This document shows positions 38,301 to 50,063 of a stretch of 64,000 nt of DNA, in pieces (the first letter of the stretch is position 1; every line of letters starts with the position of its first letter). A program made the position numbers and the translations under genes. The stretch comes from Lingula anatina (lineage: Eukaryota; Animalia; Brachiopoda): assembly GCA_051362555.1 (NCBI GenBank), contig CM120640.1:60242788-60306787 (forward strand), given 5' to 3'. The notes beneath the pieces were generated by a model that ran no database searches, was not told the origin of the DNA, and was given only the letters and a program-made list of their open reading frames with translations.

Positions 38301-39532
38301 TTAGTACGATAGGGTCTGGAAATGGTCCCTAAATAAATCATGATTCGTTTTCTTAAAAGATCTAAGAGTTAGAAACGGTACAAAACACTGAGTCCAAGTG
38401 CTGGAAGGGGTCGAGCTATGGTTTGTGAGTAGGATACTATTTCCTTTTTTCTTACGGAAAAAAGTTTTGGCGAGAAAATCAGCAAAGGTTACTTTAACAA
38501 GTATGGGGCACTGGATGGTCAGTGAAATGACCTTATATAGGCCAAACAACTCAGAATAATAAAAAAAATCTTTACATGTTGATGAACTTTAAAATTTTGC
38601 ATTTCTCCTAAACCAGGTGTAATTTGTTATCAACGTTCACTTATCCATAATTTGTGTGAATACCATTGACACCGAATTCCTGACAGTAATATCAGGAAGG
38701 TGAACGTATTATAGAAATATATTTATATCATCAAAAGTCACGGGAATAAAACCGATACACCATCAATCAAGGGAGAGAGGTTTCCGATATCCCTTCGTCG
38801 GTCACGTTTAGCATTCTCTTTTGAACCTGAGTAAATAACAAAAGCACCGATCAATACTCACCTCTCCAGTGCGCCACTGCCTCTACGACCAAACCGCTTC
38901 TCATACATACGGTCAAATGGCGATTGGAAAACCTCAATGTTTTTATTGTGTGTCTCAGTGCTTCTGGACCGGTCACTCATTTTCATGCAAACACACGTGC
39001 CTACCCACCGTTTCAGCTGCACGTACGCACAGGTTGCTGTCACAGCCAAGAACTGCCACACAGATATACAGCACCACAACGAGGCTGCCTGAATGCGCGA
39101 CCATCGTCATGACAAGTGGTAATCTATTTTTTCCAACTTCAGATGTGGGGAAAATTGTGTTCAAAGGATTAGAGCAAACTAAGCCAAGTACTATATAAAC
39201 CAGTACTTTAGCTCACAGATTTATACGCGTCACGGGCGATGTTTTATATTGGATGCCTCTTAACTATTCTCGAGTCTGTCGTTATTATGCCAATAGTTTT
39301 TAATATTGAAAGATCTTGGCATTACGGTTAGCATGACTACTAACAGCCGCTATATAAAATCTATTATTCATCCCTTTGCCAAGTCCGTCAATTGACAACT
39401 AGTCGATTAAGAAGGCCACTGAACGCAAGTCGTTACGTAAGAAAACAGGCACTCGTCGTCATTTACCTGGCACCATACTGTTGGAGTATAGTTAAAACGA
39501 ACTTGACCTCGGCCTCGTCAAGTCAAATTGAA

Positions 39533-39533
<1 letters not shown>

Positions 39534-39575
<42 letters not shown>
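39534..39575. repeat. (ATT)n microsatellite
   Basis: About 14 perfect trinucleotide units. Confidence 0.95.
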
Positions 39576-39576
<1 letters not shown>

Positions 39577-40086
39577 CCAAAACTTAGCTAGCTTCAGCTG
39601 CCAGTCTAAATGCTGGAGTGAATTCAGTTATCTGCAAAAACTACATCTTAGACACGAAAAATTGAAATTGCAGTCATTAACATTGATTTATTTACACAGG
39701 TCGTCATCAACAATATTTTTTTAAATCGCTGCCTACAGACCGTAGTATGTTGTTCGGCTCCTGACAGAGGGAAGCATTTTACTTTGAATGTAGGATGGAT
39801 TTTTATGGCATCAGAGCTATAACATATTCTATAGCATTTATAATAGTCAGACATTGTCCCTTCAGTACTGTAGTTTTACTCTAAAAGGCGCGGCTCACGC
39901 AGCTACCCATTGTCCTGATGTGTTAGTTGTATTGCATCGCAGACTGACTACACAGTTCCCAGTCATCTATTGTCCTCATAGATGAGCACTAGTAGCCCCT
40001 CACATTAGCGCCGACCACAAGACAGCGTGAGAGGTCATTTCTCCGGCTCAAAGCGAAAAGTGCACAAAGAGAAAGAGCTGACAATC

Positions 40087-42018
40087 ATGGAGTTTGTTTC
40101 AAGCGGGGACGACGAAGATGACCCACTTCATACAAATAGTTTATTCAGTACATCTTTCACAAGGCACTCCACATCAGTGAGCAAAACACAAACTTCGACA
40201 CCTGATAAAACTGAGACAACAATACTGTCAGAAGATTTCACCTCAGCTTTTTTTAACCCAAGTACAGTCAACGCCAATGGAGCATTTAATGTCATCTATC
40301 CAACAACGCCAATGTCAACAACAAGGCGTTCCTCCAAAAATATCATCGAGTACGTCAGAAACGATGGGGTAAGTCTAGGCGTGCTGATCCCTATGGTGTC
40401 CCTCTGTGCGTTCTTACTGTTTGTGATGGCATGCCTATGGTGGCACGCTCGCAAGGATAAACTCGAAGCTAGAAGGTTAAAAGCAATGGCTAACATAAGA
40501 GCTAGAAATGGGATAGCTCTGACCAATTTTAACCATTACCATGACAGCAGTAGTTACTACCGGCCATGGAGGAGTTCGCCTGCTCTGGCTGACGGTACCA
40601 TCAGCGACAAAACCCCACTAAACACACAGGACAGGTTCGAGCACGTTATGTCAGAAAACCCCGCAGCCTCCTTCATTCCTTCAGAATTTGAACCTACATA
40701 CATGTTTGTAGAGCCTGCACAAGTCTACACCCCTAGCTCTGTCCTTCTGTCAGAGAGTGCCCGGGAGGATTCCATGAAGACAGACCAAAATATGAACTGG
40801 ATGACATCATGTAATACGTCCCCAGTCCCAAGGAGCACCAGCTACACCGGGTCTCATCTCTCCAAGTCTGATTCTCACATCTGGAACAAGATGTTATCGT
40901 CTGCCTGTACATCTGACATTTCCCACTACCAGCTCACCTGGGTAAGTCCACGACGGCCCAATGAAACCATGTCGGAGCCCACCAATGTTGGCCTGCCAGA
41001 GACCTGGGACTCAAGCACCGATTACCATCCTCCAAATAACACACCTGTTAAAAGGACAAGCGAATCTACGAGTACTGGCAGTAAAATAATCAATTACTCA
41101 TACAAATCTCCTTTCCATCCCAAGTTCAATACTCCAAGTGTTACCAATGACAGCGATAGCGACGTATTTCTCTCTTCTGCCGAGTGTGCTGTTGTGTACC
41201 ACACCCCCGCCCGATCACAGCAGAGCGGAGCAAAAAATGCTGCTGGATTTCAACCTAAAAACACGGTGTCGACTGGCACGGGAACGCCCCCGCGTGGCAG
41301 TAGCGAGAGAAAGATTTCCGAGGGCTCCCTCTCCAGAAGAATATTTGTTCGAGGAAAATTATATCACGGTATCGACGCAGCGTCTGACGTTAGCGCAGCT
41401 CTCAGTAGCCTAAGTAACAATGGTTCCTGGCAGTACAGCACACTGTATCAGACCTTACCCGGGCCAAACGTCTCAACCGCACCTAGCACCGCACTAAGCA
41501 TAGCGATTGCGCCACCACAAAGCAGTAACACATCTGTGGTGGAGCAGATGTTCCCGTCAGCGAACACCTCCCTCATCCCCCAGCCCGGCAGTCAAAATAC
41601 GTCAGCTCTCCACGCGCAAAGTGCCGTCAACTCGAACAACACGTCAATTTGCCCTGTCACGGGTAGCGGTAACGCCACATCATTAGAGCATCTGGCCATC
41701 GAGTCCAGTCAGCCGTCCACTTTGCCCAGCAGTATAGCCCCGTCACATAGCAACTCTTTCATCCACACTGGTCAGGAAACTGCCACCGACGTGAAAGCCA
41801 GGGCTGAACCCACCTCGAGCAAAGGTCGCATGCGGAGTCTGGAGTGGGATAACTATCCATTCAGCGCAACCCACCAGTCCCTTGCTGATCTGCCTGGAAG
41901 AGAAGTCAGTCCCAGCGGTGGTAACGTTGTCCACCATATACATTACCATATGCCAAGAGAACCATCGACTCGCGTCTGGATACAACCCTTACTGTCAAAA
42001 GCACAATACTGGGTTTGA
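40087..42018 (+). CDS. Uncharacterised single-pass membrane protein with a long Ser/Thr/Pro-rich cytoplasmic tail (intronless as seen; first ATG 40087)
   Basis: A 663-codon open frame. A Thr/Ser-rich N-terminus is followed by the hydrophobic segment LGVLIPMVSLCAFLLFVMACLWW and the basic HARKDKLEARRLK. The protein ends QYWV. Confidence 0.82.
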   Translation: MEFVSSGDDEDDPLHTNSLFSTSFTRHSTSVSKTQTSTPDKTETTILSEDFTSAFFNPSTVNANGAFNVIYPTTPMSTTRRSSKNIIEYVRNDGVSLGVLIPMVSLCAFLLFVMACLWWHARKDKLEARRLKAMANIRARNGIALTNFNHYHDSSSYYRPWRSSPALADGTISDKTPLNTQDRFEHVMSENPAASFIPSEFEPTYMFVEPAQVYTPSSVLLSESAREDSMKTDQNMNWMTSCNTSPVPRSTSYTGSHLSKSDSHIWNKMLSSACTSDISHYQLTWVSPRRPNETMSEPTNVGLPETWDSSTDYHPPNNTPVKRTSESTSTGSKIINYSYKSPFHPKFNTPSVTNDSDSDVFLSSAECAVVYHTPARSQQSGAKNAAGFQPKNTVSTGTGTPPRGSSERKISEGSLSRRIFVRGKLYHGIDAASDVSAALSSLSNNGSWQYSTLYQTLPGPNVSTAPSTALSIAIAPPQSSNTSVVEQMFPSANTSLIPQPGSQNTSALHAQSAVNSNNTSICPVTGSGNATSLEHLAIESSQPSTLPSSIAPSHSNSFIHTGQETATDVKARAEPTSSKGRMRSLEWDNYPFSATHQSLADLPGREVSPSGGNVVHHIHYHMPREPSTRVWIQPLLSKAQYWV

Positions 42019-42703
42019 GCGTGAATGACTGCATATTGTCCCGTTACCTTATACAAAGATAGAACGCTCGTTTCCATAATTTAGTCATTAATATGTTTTT
42101 TAATGTTCAGTCTATAAACTTATATCACTCCCCAAGTTATGAGATTTATGATTATGATTCAGATTTGTGATAATGTATTGATGTTAGTTTTTGAGTTATG
42201 TTCAATTTGTACAAAAAATAGCAGCACTAGTTATGAGATTTATATAACAAAGAAACTGTTAACAAAATACTTTATTTCCAAAAATGCCTATATTAAGATA
42301 CATAATTCTCCTTTCCTGACATAAATATCATTAACGATAACAATAAATAAAAAAATATTAAAATCGTCACGCCATTTTGGATGCTGTGTCATAATATCAA
42401 AACGATAATCAATGAAGCGAATGTAAAATTTACAAACATCCTTAACAAATACACGATGATAGACAGAATACCCAACGTCCTAAGCAGACCTGAAAGTTCG
42501 CGTGCAGTATATGTTCAAAGGCGCGATAAATATTATCCTTTTAAAACCATGTCCAGGGAAAGATCCTCTCTGACACCATGTAATTCGTAAACCGTAATCC
42601 TTCTAGCGTCTAGAAGTTCCACCAAATCCTGGAAATGGAAAGAGTCGTCTGCAGTCTCTGAGAAGAAGACTTTTATCACTACAGGTTTTACACTAACAGT
42701 TGT

Positions 42704-45700
42704 CTAGCGTCTTCTTGTGCCTCCAAATCCTGTTGAAAATCAAAAATATTTGAACTGAGACAATCCTATCCTATATCAAACATAATAATGTAATATTTTT
42801 CTCTGTACTTTACATGCATATTTTACATCTGTACATACATATTTTACATCTTTTAGCCGTCATATATCATATTTCTAACCTAGTCCATATATTCTGAATA
42901 AAAAGAATTAGAATAATCTTGTCAACTGCCTAGGAACTACCCTGGGATCGTCTTGTTGCTATGGATGACAGGCAGTTGATAGACATCCACAAAATTTTTG
43001 TTAAGAGATAGTGTAAGAATACATAATGATGTGTGTTTAAAATATAATACAATGACCTTACCATGAAGCTTAAGGTATAAGATATAATAAGACCCACTAA
43101 AAACCAAAGCAACTGCTCTATTAACTTAAAATAACAACATTATCTACCATATCTAGATTTATTCATCAATTTCTGATAGGTGCACAACTTACCTGATGCT
43201 GTTCTAGTTCCAGTGCTGCCAGAATTTGATCCCCAAGACGATGAACTGCTTGAAGACCTCCCAGATCCCCAGTTAGAGCTCCTGTTGGAACCCCATCCAG
43301 ATCCCCATCTTGATCCCCATCCAGATCCCCATCCAGATCCCCATCCTGATCCCCATCCAGATCCCCATCCAGATCCCCATCCTGATCCCCAGCCAGGGCG
43401 ATGATGATAATAATGGTGTTGTCTTGACCTGTTACTACCCAGTAAATATCCTAGGATGCCACCACCTGTAAACCCTGACCAAAACCCTCCCCCAGTAGAC
43501 TGACCACTATTGGTATCTGTCCTGGTGTCTGAACAATAACCTGAAACACAAATAACATTCAGTTTTATTTTATATGTATACAGCATGATTTCAGGTTATA
43601 AAAATCTCTCATAAAGCCCATTTCGAACAATACTACTATGGGTCAACAATCAAACTACTTTTTCATCAAAAGAACTTAAACATGAATATTGGTCTTAACC
43701 ATTATAGTCTGCTTTTAAGATAAATTAACAGAAGTTCAATTAAATGCCCTAGGGGACCCGTCTTATAACATAAAATCTGCTAATATTTCAGAGCAAGGAA
43801 GACTTTGTGAGCTACAATAGATTAATTTTCATAGTAGAACAAATTTGAAGTCTTAATTTTAAGACTACTTCTGGGCTAAAGATGTGAACCTAGCCCCTAT
43901 TCAAATGTAAACCTGTTCCAAAAGTATGTACAATGGCCATGGTATTTTGTAATCAATGTTTTTCTTCAGTGCCACCCTTGACACTGTGATAAAGGATTTA
44001 TGATAATCCCTTTACATACCTCCTTGTGTCTGTGTACACTCTGGCCTGAATCCTGGGGGTGGTGGTGAAAACCCTGAGGGCGGTGGCCCATAGTTCCCAG
44101 ATGTAGCATCCTGATATGAGGGTGGAGCTTCATAAGGTGGTGGGGCTGAGGGTGTTGGTCTTTGGTACCCAGGGGTACCAACAGGTGGGGCATCTTGTGC
44201 TCTGTTTGGTGTAGACAGACACATCTTGTAGATTCCATAGATCATCAGACACACTATAGCAAACACCATCAGGTCACCAAAGAATGTGCTGTGCTTTTTT
44301 GGCTTGAAGGAGGAATAGCTAAAATGTGCGAAAAAATAAGTTTGTTCTTTAATTTTCATTTCACTTAACTTACACATTTCTGAAATGCTTAAATAATGGA
44401 TTTTTTAAGAAAATGAACTATTTCAAAGGCATGTACTCTGATTTAGACAGTTGTGTGGGAAAGTGAAATATGCTAGAATTTATACATACACATTATTTTT
44501 TTGACAGATTTAGACAACTTAAATTTTGAATGTTTCAAGGAGGAAGATCGTTTAAAATTTCATGAAAATTCAACAATCATCATTCTATGTGATGATGGAT
44601 ACCTGTCATGGTGATGATCACTGTTAGGATAGTACTGATGTCCTCCCTGACGCTGCTGCTGTTGGTAACCTTCTTTGGTAAAATCTATAGTGTATTCCAG
44701 CTAAAAATGTAAATATTTAAAATCAATCAAACTTATTTATCAATTCTTATGCAAACAATATACTTATTTATCACACTGAGTGTATATCATACCAAAATGG
44801 CAAAAACATTAATAAAAATTAAAGCAATGTGTCACATTTTTGATAAATCTTATTTAAAAACTTCATAATAAATTATATTTTACCCATTGTTTTTACCCAT
44901 GTTTTATATTTACATAATAATAAATAAATAAATAAATGACTGTTATTTGCAGGAACTTGATAACTGGAACCTACACCACAAGATCCTTTGAGAATGTTTG
45001 GGTCATCTGGATATTCGTAACCTTCACATGTCACCTCCACTTTACCAAATCTGACTGCATTGTCCATGTCTGTCTTACACTCCCACTGTAAGAATTAAAA
45101 GCATATTATGGCATATATCTAATGACAAAATCTATTTATATGTATTATGTATAAGGTGGTTTGTTTGAAGTGTTTCTTTGGCTGGGTTAGTATGTATTTC
45201 AGCTTCTAATTAACAGAATGACAAATAAATTCATTTTTGTATAGCTATTATTCTTTAAATACAAATTAATAAATCCCATTACTTTAGTATCATTATAGAC
45301 CTATTCCATTCATCAAGCAGTTCTATAACTGAAACAGAATTACACCAGTATATTTTTCTAAGCTTGTCATTTGCTTATCCATTGTGATGATTTAAGAATG
45401 GCTGAACAATAATGCTTGTTTCACCAGATTTGGTGCTGCTCACATTATCATATAGACACAAACATGTTATCAATAAATAGCAGAATTCTTTACCTGTAAA
45501 TCACTGCCATCAGATCCCATGTTATAACATTGTACCACCTGGGGCACAAAGGCTGTACACCCTGCTGTACCACCAACACACTTTAACTGTGGTACTGGGG
45601 AAGACCTACGACCATTGGTCATCCTACCCTGAGACAGTGTCAAAGTTTTAACGTCTGATAACAGGACCTTATCTTTATTGCCTGAAAATGAACAATTCTG

Positions 45701-45993
45701 ACATTATTTACATTATGATCGTGCAGTTCATGAAGTGCAAAAATCAACAAGACATAAGTTCCTGTGATAGTAAATGTATGCATTCAATTTCAACTGAAGT
45801 GAACTAGTGACTAAATTAATTCACTAACATTAAATATTTACCCATAAAGCGAATAATTGAACCTGAAGCACATTTAAAAGATAATCTTAGGTTTAACAGT
45901 AAATAAAATCTAGTTACCCCACGCTTTGGCTTGACACAGAAACATTAGGACCAATAACATGGAGAGTAAACCAGAAATCCACATCTTTTTCAT
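42704..45993 (-). CDS. SARAF: Store-operated calcium entry-associated regulatory factor (SARAF/TMEM66). Exons 45918-45993, 45494-45681, 44975-45085, 44603-44700, 44020-44318, 43193-43540, 42704-42729 (alternative last exon 42603-42628)
   Basis: A signal peptide, then DKVLLSDVKTLTL..GRMTNGRRSSPVPQLKCVGG, QWECKTDMDNAVRFGKVEVTCEGYEYPDDPNILKGSCGLEYTID, a TM helix, PPPY, GFWSGFTGGGILGYLLG and the C-terminal TRTASGFGGTRRR. Confidence 0.95.
43288..43395 (-). repeat. Coding 12-bp tandem repeat encoding (GWGS)n in SARAF
   Basis: About 9 copies of CCAGATCCCCAT on the + strand. Confidence 0.9.
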
Positions 45994-46189
45994 TCTTGTT
46001 GCTTTTATCAGTAAACTGCTGGCTACGTAAATGTTGGAAAGAATCTGTATAACACCCTGAGTGTCACATTAAATTGTCTTCTATGACACCTGATGTAATA
46101 TATATAGCTTAGTTAAAGCGTACGTGGCTCTACAAGACGTTTCGCCTAAAACTGACTCAGCCCCCACATAAGGACAAACGTAAACATTG

Positions 46190-46270
46190 CGCGACTTCCG
46201 GAACCAAGACGAGGCTTTGATCAGTGCAGTATGGGAGCACAGGTCTCAAACTACTGCACATGCGCGAACA
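46190..46270. promoter_or_regulatory. Probable SARAF promoter elements in the divergent SARAF/RNF14 spacer
   Basis: An ETS-type ACTTCCGG near 46194 and an NRF1-like TGCACATGCGCG near 46255, about 200-270 bp from the SARAF ATG. Confidence 0.4.
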
Positions 46271-47347
46271 GTACGCTGTTTGAAATAAACAAATGGTGAA
46301 ATTGACAAAGCCTGTCGGTGTTTACCGTCTGGTTGATTTGATTTCATTTGCTTTCTGGTGTTGTTTTAAGAAATTATATTAGAAATATTCTGTTGATTGT
46401 ATGTTTTAAAAAGCAAATCCATCGAACTTTCCTGATTAACATTCATAATTGCCGCCATTGTAAGGGGGATTCCCTTCGCATTTATAGTGTTATATGTGGC
46501 CCCAAGGGGATTTTCCACCCCTCCCCCACTCTTGATTAATAAAATTCTTCATCTGGAGGATTGTAAATTATATTGCAAAATACATTGAAAATCGTAGGAA
46601 GGTTAACTGCAGTTAATGCTGCGAGGATATTCTTAACAGTGGGGGAACTCGGCCAATATAAAATTTTTAACTTCGTTTTACGATATTGGAGCGCCTGTTT
46701 TAATTTTTGAAAGCGAGGCAATGGAACCAAACAATGCGATACAATTTTTAATCTCGTAAAAATTGCTATTTTTATATAAAGGTCATAGCGTGGAGTACAT
46801 CGAAATGCAACTTGTTTATTATTATGATCTTAAATAATAATTAATATAAAACAAACGATATAATATGTTCTTAACGTTAGCTTATTTATTAGCTTAATTG
46901 ATTATTTTTCGTATTTGGAGATTAAAAACACAAAAGTTGTCTGGTTTCATATCGAGGCACTACGTTTCGTTCGTGTGCTCAGTATGGGGAAGTTTTTCAA
47001 ATAGTTTTAACGCTTTCTGCCAAAACATATATATTATTATGATTACTCTTTCATTCGTAACAGAGGATTCTATGAAATGACTTCACATTATCCCAGGGAT
47101 TCCGAAGCAAAAGAGATTCCATACGGACTCGATTTCGATTTTCTCTTTAACTTTCCTGTAATAACAGCATTTTTCCACAAGGAGACTGAATATCGCGCAC
47201 GGAATTGTGGGTTGTTTTCGTCTGCAAACGGATGAAGTATTAGGTGTTACATGTATCTTACATCATAAGTTTAAACGTTATTCTGTCGCTCAAATGACTG
47301 AAAATTTAATCGCGGGTATTTAGCCGTAGTGACATGCCCTTCTTATA

Positions 47348-50029
47348 ATGGCAGAAGGGGGGACGCTGGCCTTGTTGCCACAAGATCAGGGAAATGCCGA
47401 AGAACAATCTGATGAGGTTTGAAATTGAAATTTCATTAGATCTAAGTTTGCCTTGTGATTAGTGTCACGCCAAGTCAGGCATTAAAAGTGCCATTATAGA
47501 TATGACAGTACTGTGGTACTGTTTTTAACCTTACTCTGAATGCATTAGTACTATGTCAACATACTTATTTATCTTCAGAATTGCACAGGTACCTGTAGCA
47601 ACTACTGTACATGTACTGAGTACATGTACTCGATCAGTACGAAGTACTACAGTACATGTACTGAGTAGTAGTCATGTACGTCAAAAATCTAAGGCAGTGT
47701 ACCCAGTACACGTACGGGGTTGCTAACATGTTAAACCACAGTGGCCAAAGGATGTACGTAGACCCACTATTTGGTAAAACTTTAACATGATACCATTGGG
47801 AACAATACGAAAGGCTTGTATCATGTCCAATAATGGCATGTGCAGCTGAAGTTATCCTGTACATATACATGTATATACAACTGGACCCAGTTTCATCAAC
47901 TATGGATAACACTATTCTTTGGTTATAATTGTTATCCTCTGGAAATTTATCCTGAGGAAAGCAGCATTTTTTAACCACTGGAATTCGGAAAGCAATATCA
48001 GAAACAAAAATAAGTATCTGGTGTTTGGTAAACATTTCTTTACTCACAGGATAATTGCCCAGAAGATAACAATGCATAATTGGACCAAATATATTAATTT
48101 TTAAAACACAAAGAGTAGTGCAAATTGACAAATGTATCTCTTAACCTCATTTTCAGGTACTGGCTTTAGATTCTATATTTGATGGCACTGGCAGATTTCT
48201 TGTTGTGGATGGTCCACTTCAGGATGGAGACAGGAAGAAAAGCCAGGAATATGTTCTTCAGGTACAAATAAAGTGTATCATAGCCTTTTGAGACAGAGCT
48301 AATTTTTTCATGAAGCTGCTTTTTTATCATCATGTACAGTGTTCCATAATACTGTCTGTATTGGCTTGCAATTGATCTCAGACTATCCTTCCTTACATCC
48401 CTGCTTAAGTGTACATGTGTATATTATAGTATACAGTATATGCATACTGGTACAGGGTTCCTCTTTTTTAGCCAAATCACAACAATCTTACTAGATTTAC
48501 TACCCTGTAGAGCCACCTGCTCCCTAGCCTAAGTCTTCCTTTTCTTCCACTTTCTTCTGACAGTAAGTACAGGCAGTTGTAGAAAAACCTATAATTGATA
48601 TAATCAGTGAATTTGTTAATACTGGCACATGCCAGCTTACTGTATTGGGATTTATGCTAGACAATACTGTTTTTCTGTGATTTGAGATCTGAAATATTTT
48701 GTAATATTTAAATTGAAATGCTAGGCCTTTTGCACAACAAAATATGTATCATGCAATGTTTGTTCATGTTCATTTACCCCAATATCTGTTTTTCTGTGTA
48801 GCTGTGTTTGAATATATAAGTACATGTACCTCTGTTTTCTTGAAGATACTTGTTCAAGTGAAGCTCCCAAATGAGGAAATCTCTGTAGAAGCCTGGGTTC
48901 CAGATGATCATGATATAACAGCCACTTATCAAGCCATGGCTGAGATGCCACCAAGCAACAGGCCAAAGTTTGAGAGATCTTGTTCAGGTGGGGCTAAGCC
49001 ATCTAAATATCATAATGTCACTTCCTACAACAGATTTTGATAAATAAACCAGTAAGTCATGTAGGACTAAATTATAAGTGAGTTCAGTATGAATAAAATC
49101 ATTTCATGGTACATGGACATTTGTGGCATTGATTTAACTTTAACAAAGCATATTTTGGCATAAAAAGGTAATACTATAGCATTGCCAAAGTATTTCATAT
49201 TCTTTTCCATTATTGTAATTATTATTGTGTCAGGGAGAAGATGGCTGACTGCCTTAAAGATGAAGCACCTGACCCCTATGTGTCTCCAGCTGACCTTACC
49301 CAACAGTTACCCATCCCAAGAAGCCCCCTCCTTCAGCCTGTCCTGCCTGTGGCTGACTGCCACCCAGCTGGGGGCACTGTGCCAGCAGATGGACAAGTTG
49401 TGGGAAGAAATGCATGGGATGCCCATCATTTATACATGGGTGGATTGGCTGGAAAACAATGCTCTCAAGTAATCTTAATTTTTCACTTGAAAATAGTAGT
49501 ACGTATATTATGAAAAAGTTATGTTGCTGGAGTTATGGTGTGTGAGTTATGTTATTGACAAAAAACATTGTCTATGGAGGAACACATGGTTTTCATGAAT
49601 GCCATTTTTCATTAAATATGATGAGAACTGAAGTGAAAGTTGTTTTACAATTGTTGTTCTTATAACAAATTAGAATTTAATTGATAACGAGAAAAGAATG
49701 AAAAACATGTACCCAGTAATATACATTTTGTTTCTTCAATTACTTTTGAATGTTGTCTTTTATTTCAGTTTCCTAGGTATAACTGATACAATAATTATTA
49801 GTCCTCCCATAGATTTTGGGCCAGATCAAAGTATTATAGACCAACGTGCTATCCCTGAATGCAGTGACTTGGAATCTGACATTTTGACAATGCTCAGGTA
49901 AGGGCCCAAATGGTATCAGGACAGCCCAGCCTCCCCTGGATCTATAGCATATAAGAATTTTAGGTGACTCTTAGGTCTGTTTAAGTGCATAAGTGAACCC
50001 AAATCTTGTAATAAATAGCCAATACTTTC

Positions 50030-50063
<34 letters not shown>

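Noticed and set aside
39392-39724. ORF with poly-Ile, TM-like
   Set aside because: It is an artefact of the (ATT)n microsatellite.
43180-43404. (DPHP)n ORF on the + strand
   Set aside because: It is antisense to the SARAF GWGS-repeat exon.
47634-48131. 165-aa minus-strand ORF
   Set aside because: It is within RNF14 intron 1, has a non-ATG start, is partly derived from the GTAC repeat and has no recognisable motif.
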